Part shown: positions 45,277-53,199 of the stretch, piece by piece
How positions within the stretch are numbered: position 1 is the first letter of the stretch
How the letters are laid out: every line of letters begins with the position of its first letter
From: a virus
IMG/VR virus record: IMGVR_UViG_3300026488_000026
Location: 14,937 to 78,936 of that record
Strand: one strand, 5' to 3'
Length of the DNA: 64,000 bases
Program-made: the position numbers and the translations under genes
The notes under the pieces: generated by a model
The model's database searches: none
Told to the model about the DNA's origin: nothing
The model's input: only the letters and a program-made list of their open reading frames with translations

Positions 45277-46260
45277 TTACGAATTATTTAAAAAATTCAA
45301 ATATTCAATACCTTTTTCTATATCAAGAAATAATTTTATTCTATCAAAAGAAGAATCAGAAGGATTAATCACAGCAAGAACAGCAGGAGTTATATTTGTA
45401 TCGTGTGTCATAAACTTTTTACCATATTCATCAAATCTTTTATAACTACCAACTACAAAACAATGACTTATTTTATTATCTGGTTGAACATACATTTGAT
45501 AACCAAATTGATGAGTATGCCCCATACAAATAATATCATCAGGTTTATTAAAAATTGCTTGTTTTACTAAAGGAAAAGCTGGATTATACTGACTTCTACC
45601 AGAAAAACTATGTCTCATTCTAATTGTAACATTCGTATCGTTAGGAAATTGTAAATTTAATCTAATGTCTTCAGCAACAATACATTCTTCTCCTAAAACC
45701 TCTCTAAAATAAACTTCAAATAAATTCCACACATCATGATTTCCTAAAACACAAGCTAAAATATGTAAATTATCAAAATAATATTTTAATAAAGCAAACG
45801 CCTCTTCTTGTGTTATAGAATGTTTTGCAAACAATTTTGAAAGATAACCTACCCAATTATCTAAATAATCTCCTAAACCTATAATAAAAACATTTTCATT
45901 TTTTCTTGCTAATTCTAAGTGTTTTTCAAATAACTCTAAATCAGTCGCTTGATTGTCTAAATGTGGGTCACCCATAAATAAAATTCCAATCGCTTTATTT
46001 TCTTTAAATTTTATAGGGACATTTGAAAAATATTGGTCCTTTTGTTTTTCATATTTAAAAATTTCTTTTCTAACTTTTATAATATCATCAATTTCTCTTT
46101 TTAATTGAGGGGGCTTAATTTGTTCATATTTTGCTTTTTTTCTCCAAGTATAATAAGTTCTTTCCGCTATCCCTAATTCCAACAAAATCTCATCTCTTTC
46201 TTTACCTTGCTCTAATAATTTACAAAATCTATTAAATTTTTCATAATCAAATCTTGCCAT
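45277..46260 (-). CDS. HTH-fused calcineurin-like metallophosphoesterase
   Basis: ELGIAERTYYTW HTH; GDPH, GDYLD, GNHD, GHTH. Confidence 0.85.
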   Translation of the reverse strand: MARFDYEKFNRFCKLLEQGKERDEILLELGIAERTYYTWRKKAKYEQIKPPQLKREIDDIIKVRKEIFKYEKQKDQYFSNVPIKFKENKAIGILFMGDPHLDNQATDLELFEKHLELARKNENVFIIGLGDYLDNWVGYLSKLFAKHSITQEEAFALLKYYFDNLHILACVLGNHDVWNLFEVYFREVLGEECIVAEDIRLNLQFPNDTNVTIRMRHSFSGRSQYNPAFPLVKQAIFNKPDDIICMGHTHQFGYQMYVQPDNKISHCFVVGSYKRFDEYGKKFMTHDTNITPAVLAVINPSDSSFDRIKLFLDIEKGIEYLNFLNNS

Positions 46261-46274
46261 TTTAATTCCTTTCC

Positions 46275-47618
46275 TTAATTAAATTTTAATGGTAGTCTAA
46301 ATTGATATCCTTTTGGTAATAAACTATCATCTCTTACAAATTTTACATTTTTACCTCCTATACCATAGAGTCTATATTTTTCAACTTCTGTTTCAAAATA
46401 ATGATTTTTTACAAAGTCAAAGTGTTCTACAAATTCATTATCAATATTACTTATTGCAACTTCATAAAAATTCTTATAACACATAGGGCATAATTGTTTT
46501 TTAAATTTAGAAAAATAATTACCACAACAAACACATTTTCTAAACATTCCTACTTGCAAATCCACTATTTGTCTATAAATTTCTTCTTTATTAAAATAAT
46601 AAATATTTTCTTGAACATATAAATTTTCCAAACCAAATGTTACAATTTCATCAGTTATTTTATACTTAATTTTTTTACCATTTTCTAATATAAAACCAAT
46701 AGGTAACAAATTTTCATCAAACCAATAATCTAAAACTTTAATAAAACTTTTTCTTGTTTTTAATTTTAAAATTTTAATGCCTTGTTTATCTATTATTAAA
46801 TGTTTTTTAATTAAATTTTTACCTAAACTTTTTAAATCATAGAAAGTATTAATTTCTTTTATATTAGGATATTTAATTTTTATGTTATTGTATTTTTTAA
46901 AACGAAAATTTTTAATTTTTTTGCCTTCGTTAATCATAAATAAAGGAACTAAAATGTCTTTTTCATAAATAAAATAAAAGGACATGTTATTTTTAAACTT
47001 AAAAATTTCTTTTAAAAAACTAATTATTTTTTTACTTTTTAAATCAGAATCAATTAAATTTCCTTTTTTAACAAAACTAAAAATTTTATATTCACTTACA
47101 CCTTTAGGTAAAATATAAAAATCTAAAGGATAATTTAATTTATCGCCAACGCCTCTAAGCAATTTAATTTTATAATCTTTTAAATCCAAATTTTCAATTT
47201 TTAATAAAGCATATAACTCTTCTTTTGTATATAACTTTTTTAAAACACTTAAAATAAAATCTTCACCTACATTTAAAAATTTACCACTTAAAAACAATTT
47301 AATTATCCAAACTATCTTTTTATTAATACTTTTAGTATATTCTTTTAAAGCCGTTAAATCTCCTTGCTCTATATAAAAAAGAATTAAACCTAATGCTGAA
47401 ATTAAATCTCCACCTTCTATCAAATCACCTTCTCTTATAAAACTTAAAAAATTTTTATTTTTTGGAGTTAAAGAATAATATGCCGAAATTAATAATTCAA
47501 ATTCTTTTCTAAACTTATTATAAGCAACTAAAAAAGCATTTTGTCTATTATAGTAGCCTTTTTCAAAATAAAAATCATTTACTAAATTAAAAAGAATTGT
47601 AATATTTTTTGATTTCAT
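46275..47618 (-). CDS. Hypothetical protein; probable inactive DNA ligase paralogue with C-terminal Zn finger
   Basis: By-eye colinearity with 26426..27778; lacks KxDG; CVCC...CPMC. Confidence 0.45.
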   Translation of the reverse strand: MKSKNITILFNLVNDFYFEKGYYNRQNAFLVAYNKFRKEFELLISAYYSLTPKNKNFLSFIREGDLIEGGDLISALGLILFYIEQGDLTALKEYTKSINKKIVWIIKLFLSGKFLNVGEDFILSVLKKLYTKEELYALLKIENLDLKDYKIKLLRGVGDKLNYPLDFYILPKGVSEYKIFSFVKKGNLIDSDLKSKKIISFLKEIFKFKNNMSFYFIYEKDILVPLFMINEGKKIKNFRFKKYNNIKIKYPNIKEINTFYDLKSLGKNLIKKHLIIDKQGIKILKLKTRKSFIKVLDYWFDENLLPIGFILENGKKIKYKITDEIVTFGLENLYVQENIYYFNKEEIYRQIVDLQVGMFRKCVCCGNYFSKFKKQLCPMCYKNFYEVAISNIDNEFVEHFDFVKNHYFETEVEKYRLYGIGGKNVKFVRDDSLLPKGYQFRLPLKFN

Positions 47619-48189
47619 CACTATCTATCCTTTCTACTTTACCATATTGAATAAAATCTCTAATAAAAATAATACTTTTTACTATAATAAATTTAAGACT
47701 ACTCAAAGATATGTTATTTACTTTAGCCGTTTTTATTAAACCATAACCTTTTATAAAATAATCATGCAAAAGTTTTAATTCAAAATCAGTAAAATAATTT
47801 TTTAATAATTCTCTTATATTTTCTTGTAATAAATATCTCTCAACATCTTCCATATAATTTTCATTTATATGAAATTCCTCATAATTTTCAGGGGGAGCAG
47901 TAAGCCAACTTTCTTTATCTTTTAAACTTTTTTTAATTGCACCATATTTATTTAAACTATTTTTAGCAACCCAATCTAACATTCTTCCATAAATTTTTTT
48001 ATAAGCAAATCCCATAAAATAATCGTTTTTATCACTATCATATTTTTCTTTTGCTAAAAGATAACCTAAAACCCCTTCTTGAATTAAATCCTCTAAATCA
48101 ATTCCTGCAAAACTTCTCTCGTATATTTTATAAGCTAAACCTTCAATGTGTTTATAATCTTTTTCTGGTATATTATACTTATTTGACAT
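47587..48189 (-). CDS. RNA polymerase sigma factor, FliA/sigma28-like
   Basis: DLEDLIQEGVLGYLLAKEKYD...F..FAYKKIYGRMLD (region 2); divergent region 4. Confidence 0.88.
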   Translation of the reverse strand: MSNKYNIPEKDYKHIEGLAYKIYERSFAGIDLEDLIQEGVLGYLLAKEKYDSDKNDYFMGFAYKKIYGRMLDWVAKNSLNKYGAIKKSLKDKESWLTAPPENYEEFHINENYMEDVERYLLQENIRELLKNYFTDFELKLLHDYFIKGYGLIKTAKVNNISLSSLKFIIVKSIIFIRDFIQYGKVERIDSDEIKKYYNSF

Positions 48190-49867
48190 TTATAAGCTCC
48201 TTAACTTCTAAACTTGAAATCCCATTTTCTTTTATAACAGTAAACAAATAATCAGCAAAAATTTCTTCAATTTCATTGTGATGTGTAATAATAAATATAG
48301 CTTTATCTTTTTTCAAATAATTTAAAACATTTTTCATAAACTCAATCCCCTCATCATCTAAAACACCAAGTAATTCATCTATAACAAGAAAATTAATATT
48401 TATACCAATTAATTCTTCTAAAGTTTTAATTGTGGCTAAAAGCAATAACAAACTAACTCTTGTCTTTTCGCCTGAACTTAATTGATAAAAAGTTTTTTTA
48501 ACACCTCTATCTATAAATTTATAATCCAAACTTCCTTTATTTATTTTAATTTCAAAATCGAAATCAAAAGCACTTTTATCTTTAAAAAATTCAATATTAA
48601 GTTTTAATAAACGCACATAATCTTTTAAAAATTCGTTCATTATGATACCTTTTTTAAACAAACTTAAAATTTCTTTATATACATCAATTTTCTTACTTAA
48701 ATAAAGGCGTTTTTCTTTTAATTCTTTTAATTTCTCTCTTAATTTATCAATATTATCTTCAAGTTGTTTTTTAAGTTCTTTTTGTTTTATATATTCATCT
48801 CTTTTTACTTTTAATTTTTCAATTTGTAATAAAATATCTTTTTTCTTTTGTTCAAAACTATTTTTAATTTCTTCATACTTTTCTTTTAAAATATCTACTT
48901 TATTTTTCTCTTTTTTATAATACTTTTTAAATTCCTTAAATTCTTCATCCGCCTTTTTAAATTGTTCCTCATAAATTTTATATTTATCAACCACTTGACT
49001 ACCACAAACAGGACAAATACCTTCTTTTAAATCTTCTTTCAATTTATATAAATTTTCAGCTTTAAATTTTAATTCAATTGCTCTTTCTTTTAAATTATCT
49101 ACTTTTTCTTTTTGTTTTAAATATTCTTGTTCTTTTTGTTGAATTATTGAGACTATTTCACTTGTTTCTAATTTATATAATTGTTCTTTTAATTTATTTA
49201 TTTCTTCCTCATAATTTATTTCCTCAATTTCTTCAAGTTTATTAAATAAAGATAAGTTATCTTGAATAGAATTATACTGAACTAATAATAAATCATATTC
49301 TTTTTTCAATTCTCTAATTTGTTTTTGAATAACCTCTTGATAAGCCAACACTTTTTCAACATTAAAAAACCTATAAACAATATTATTTTTACCCGTTATT
49401 TCAATAATACTATCAAGTGAAGTTTGATTAAGATAAGTAAGCGAAGTAATTACATCAAAATCATAATTAATAATTTCAGTTTTAATCAAATTTAATTGAT
49501 TTGTAATTCCTTTAGGACTTATATATTCTCCATTTTTATAAATATCAATTGACATTTTATTTCTATCGTTAATAATCAAATACTCGTTTTCTTTTTTCTT
49601 AAAGTTAAGAGAGATAACATATGGTTTTTTAGTGTAAACATTATTAACTGACTGAATATTTCCTTTTTGGTCTTTAAGGTTTTTATTAAAAAGGCACTGA
49701 TAAATTGCATTAAAAATACTTGTTTTACCCGCCCCGTTGCTTACTAATGTATCGCTTTTTATGTCTTTATTAATACCTTTAACAAGATAAACCCCATTTT
49801 TAAATTCAAACTCAACTTGCCCTAATGAATAAAAATTTTCTATTTTAATTTTTTTAAACTCATACAT
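48179..49867 (-). CDS. SbcC/Rad50-like recombination ATPase
   Basis: SNGAGKT, CPVC hook, LSSGE, VIDE, IITH. Confidence 0.93.
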   Translation of the reverse strand: MYEFKKIKIENFYSLGQVEFEFKNGVYLVKGINKDIKSDTLVSNGAGKTSIFNAIYQCLFNKNLKDQKGNIQSVNNVYTKKPYVISLNFKKKENEYLIINDRNKMSIDIYKNGEYISPKGITNQLNLIKTEIINYDFDVITSLTYLNQTSLDSIIEITGKNNIVYRFFNVEKVLAYQEVIQKQIRELKKEYDLLLVQYNSIQDNLSLFNKLEEIEEINYEEEINKLKEQLYKLETSEIVSIIQQKEQEYLKQKEKVDNLKERAIELKFKAENLYKLKEDLKEGICPVCGSQVVDKYKIYEEQFKKADEEFKEFKKYYKKEKNKVDILKEKYEEIKNSFEQKKKDILLQIEKLKVKRDEYIKQKELKKQLEDNIDKLREKLKELKEKRLYLSKKIDVYKEILSLFKKGIIMNEFLKDYVRLLKLNIEFFKDKSAFDFDFEIKINKGSLDYKFIDRGVKKTFYQLSSGEKTRVSLLLLLATIKTLEELIGININFLVIDELLGVLDDEGIEFMKNVLNYLKKDKAIFIITHHNEIEEIFADYLFTVIKENGISSLEVKELINVK

Positions 49868-50093
49868 TGTGAAACTCCTTAAATAAAGAAACAAGCTTTT
49901 TGTGTTCAGTTTTTACTTCTTCATAATTTTTTGAAGCAATAGTTATTATATTGCCTCCTCTTAAATAAACATCAAAATAAAAAGATTGTTCTAATAAAAC
50001 TACTCCTAAATACCTTTTCTCATTTATCTTAAAAATATCTGAAAAACCTTGTATATCTTCTTTATTTATATAATAATCCCCAATTTTAACCAT
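49860..50093 (-). CDS. Hypothetical protein
   Basis: Coupled ORF. Confidence 0.65.
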   Translation of the reverse strand: MVKIGDYYINKEDIQGFSDIFKINEKRYLGVVLLEQSFYFDVYLRGGNIITIASKNYEEVKTEHKKLVSLFKEFHNV

Positions 50094-51094
50094 TATAAAT
50101 CCTTTTCAATCAACTCAAGCTCACTAATAATTTCTTTTTTAAGGTCTTTATCTTCTATTTTTAAATGTTTTTTAATAATATCAGTTATAACTATTTGTTT
50201 ATCATTATGCTTAATTTCAGAAATAACTTCTTTTTTTTCATTCTCAATTTCCTCAATATTTATAAAAGAATATCTTACAATTCTTTCTCTATTATTTTCA
50301 ATAAAATCAATCAAAGCATCTGTTTTAATAGCTGAAATAACTTTAAAAACATCTTTTTTATTTTGTTTTAAAACTAACTTTAATTTATCTATATCTTTCT
50401 CTTCTTTTATTACCAACTTTACCAAATTAGGTAAATTTAATTGTTTCCATTTAACTTTATAATTCTTATTCTCTACATTTAAAACTATATAACCAAAATC
50501 TTCTCTATCATCAAAAACAACAGAATAAGGACTTGAAGTATATTCAATATTAACAGCGGGTTTGTAGTGTTGATGAATATCAGAAAGAATTGCATAATCA
50601 AAAGTTTTACTTACAAAAACATTATCAATTTCATTAGTCATATAAACATTAATAGCACTTCTATAATGTGAAAATAAAATATTAATATCGGTAAAAAACT
50701 CATTTTTAAGTTTATAAATTTCAAAAATTTTATGATGAGAAACAAACCAAAAAGTAATATCATTTGTAACTCTTAAAAAACCTTTATCAACATATTCAAA
50801 ATTAATTTGAGGTAGATAATCATATAAACATTCATTTTTTGATAAATCTTCATGATTTCCACTTATAAGAATAATTTTATTTTTTACAAAATTATTTGCT
50901 TTTTCTATCCATTCGTAAAATTTTTTTAATTCATACCAACTTGGATTTGCCTTATCTAAAATATCTCCATTTAAAATTAAAATGTCAGGCACTTCTTTTT
51001 TTATAACTTGAATCAAATTAAAAAATCTACGCTCATAAAAATCTTCTTTTTCATTAATCTTCAAATGAATATCGCCAAAAACAACTACTTTCAT
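50093..51094 (-). CDS. SbcD/Mre11-like nuclease
   Basis: GDIH, GDILD, GNHE, SDIH. Confidence 0.92.
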   Translation of the reverse strand: MKVVVFGDIHLKINEKEDFYERRFFNLIQVIKKEVPDILILNGDILDKANPSWYELKKFYEWIEKANNFVKNKIILISGNHEDLSKNECLYDYLPQINFEYVDKGFLRVTNDITFWFVSHHKIFEIYKLKNEFFTDINILFSHYRSAINVYMTNEIDNVFVSKTFDYAILSDIHQHYKPAVNIEYTSSPYSVVFDDREDFGYIVLNVENKNYKVKWKQLNLPNLVKLVIKEEKDIDKLKLVLKQNKKDVFKVISAIKTDALIDFIENNRERIVRYSFINIEEIENEKKEVISEIKHNDKQIVITDIIKKHLKIEDKDLKKEIISELELIEKDL

Positions 51095-51154
51095 TATAAT
51101 TTCCTTTTTATTAAATTATAATGAAAGTAGTTAAAAAAAGAAAAAGAAAGAAGA

Positions 51155-51961
51155 CTAATAAGAAGTCTCCAAATCATCGTCATCCTCTTGTTCTGCAACT
51201 TCTTTTTCTATTTCACTTGCTTTTGTAGGAACTTTTGTTTTTATACCCGTAGACTCTACCCATTCATCCCATTTTTTAATAAGTGGAATAGTCTCTTTAA
51301 TTTTTGCTTGAAGTTCTTTTGGTTTTAAAGGCTCAATTTTTTCAATATCATAAACCCACACTGCTCTTCCGTTTGTTACCTCTTTTCTTGTTTTTACATA
51401 AATGTAATACTTTAATGGTAGATGATCATCACCGATTAATTCCCTTACTTGTTCCCAGAACTTCATATAATTTACACCACGCAAATAAATCAAATAAGGA
51501 TTTTCTTTACCATCCTCATCAATTGTCACAAGCAAAATTTGATTAAATGTAAGTTTTACGCCTTTATCTTTTAAAGCTCCAACAGTTTCTCCTGTTTTAA
51601 CTTCAACTATATCTTTTCCTTCCATAATATTTGTAAACACAGGAGTTATATGGCTATAACCATTTTTGCTAATATCGTAAGCACTATATTGATAACCAAT
51701 TGCAATAACTCTCATTTTTACAGGTTGTTTAAATACTTTTCCTCTTTTTTTTACTTCAAGAGTTTTCTTATCAATTTCCCAACCTGTAATAATTTCACCT
51801 TTTTTTACTCCCTCATTAATAAGCACATCATCTTTGTCATAATTGATTTTTACAACATCAAACGGTAGCCCACTACTTGTCTGTTCACCACCTGTGTTTT
51901 TTGCAATTAATTTTGCTTCTTCAGGGTCAATACCCATTGCTACTAATTCTTCATAAGTCAT
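51155..51961 (-). CDS. Probable ssDNA-binding/recombination protein (T5 D11-like)
   Basis: Acidic tail EQEDDDDLETSY; upstream of SbcD. Confidence 0.55.
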   Translation of the reverse strand: MTYEELVAMGIDPEEAKLIAKNTGGEQTSSGLPFDVVKINYDKDDVLINEGVKKGEIITGWEIDKKTLEVKKRGKVFKQPVKMRVIAIGYQYSAYDISKNGYSHITPVFTNIMEGKDIVEVKTGETVGALKDKGVKLTFNQILLVTIDEDGKENPYLIYLRGVNYMKFWEQVRELIGDDHLPLKYYIYVKTRKEVTNGRAVWVYDIEKIEPLKPKELQAKIKETIPLIKKWDEWVESTGIKTKVPTKASEIEKEVAEQEDDDDLETSY

Positions 51962-52036
51962 ACTAATCTCCTTCTAATAAATTTACTAATTTTTTGACTA
52001 ATGGTTAAACCAATGTTCTAACCAATAGTCTTTAAA

Positions 52037-52065
52037 ATTATATAAAAAATTTTTTAAATTGTCAA
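52037..52065 (-). promoter_or_regulatory. sigma70 promoter
   Basis: TTGACA-17-TATAAT. Confidence 0.85.
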
Positions 52066-52071
52066 GAATTT

Positions 52072-53172
52072 TTATTTAAAATTATCAAATTTATTCAAAT
52101 CGTTTTTAACCCCACCTCTCTGATAACTAATATTACTTAATTCTTGATTAGCATTATTAGTAGAATTTATATCATATTGTTTTTTATACCAACTTAAGTC
52201 AGAAAATTCTTCTACATTATAAATACCATCTATCCCTATCAATTTTAAACAATCATCCGCAAAATATTTAATAACCAACTCTCCTAAATCCTCGGTAAAA
52301 CCATTAATACTACCTTCACTATGTAAATACTTATTCCATTCTAATTCTTCTAAAACTTGCTCTTTAACATAACTAATAGCCCATTCGATAAACCAATCTT
52401 TTAAATGTTTAAAGCCTTGTTTTTCTTCTTTTAACAAAATATTTAAAACATTTTTATTTGTTGGTTTATGTGTTGTTAATTCATCATAAGCAATTAAAGC
52501 AATAATTTGGCTAAAACCTTGTATTGCATAATCATAAGCCTCATTAATCTTCCAAGTAACCATAAAACTAAACGGAAATTTAACACTTTCAAGATAATAA
52601 GTAGCAAAAATAACTTGTAAAATAAGTTTTTTTAATTCATCATCTATTTTTCCATCTTGACTTTTAATTTGCAATTTATAAGCAAAATCCACTTCACTAT
52701 TTAATCTTCTTTTAACAAAAGAATCTTCGTAAACTACATTAAATTGTTTTTCAACATTTCCACCAAACATTTGAGATAATCCATAAGAATAACCAGGAGC
52801 ATGTTGTGTAGCTTCTTGCATACCTATCATTGAATATAAAATAGATAATTCTGAGTTTGAAACAAAACGCAACAAACTAAAATACTCATTATAAACTCCA
52901 CTATCCATTAATGTTTGATAACCATTATTTAATAAAAACATTCTTTTTGCGTTTTCATCTAATCTCTCCCATCCTGTTGCATCTTGACTAAAATCAACAA
53001 CTTTAAAAGTCCAAAAATCAGCCATCGCTTTTTCATATAAATTTTGAAAAACTTTATAATCTACTTTATCAACTCTAATAATATGACCTGTATCTCCAAA
53101 AAAAAGTTTCCAAGTTTGTTTTGGAGGCTCATTAGGCACACAAACTATTTTATCACAAATATATTCTCTCAT
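52072..53172 (-). CDS. nrdB: Ribonucleotide reductase class I beta subunit
   Basis: FW, QTLMDS, H...Y, LES..F..SF, DE...H. Confidence 0.9.
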   Translation of the reverse strand: MREYICDKIVCVPNEPPKQTWKLFFGDTGHIIRVDKVDYKVFQNLYEKAMADFWTFKVVDFSQDATGWERLDENAKRMFLLNNGYQTLMDSGVYNEYFSLLRFVSNSELSILYSMIGMQEATQHAPGYSYGLSQMFGGNVEKQFNVVYEDSFVKRRLNSEVDFAYKLQIKSQDGKIDDELKKLILQVIFATYYLESVKFPFSFMVTWKINEAYDYAIQGFSQIIALIAYDELTTHKPTNKNVLNILLKEEKQGFKHLKDWFIEWAISYVKEQVLEELEWNKYLHSEGSINGFTEDLGELVIKYFADDCLKLIGIDGIYNVEEFSDLSWYKKQYDINSTNNANQELSNISYQRGGVKNDLNKFDNFK

Positions 53173-53199
53173 GACCCACTCCTTTATTTTTATTTTTAT

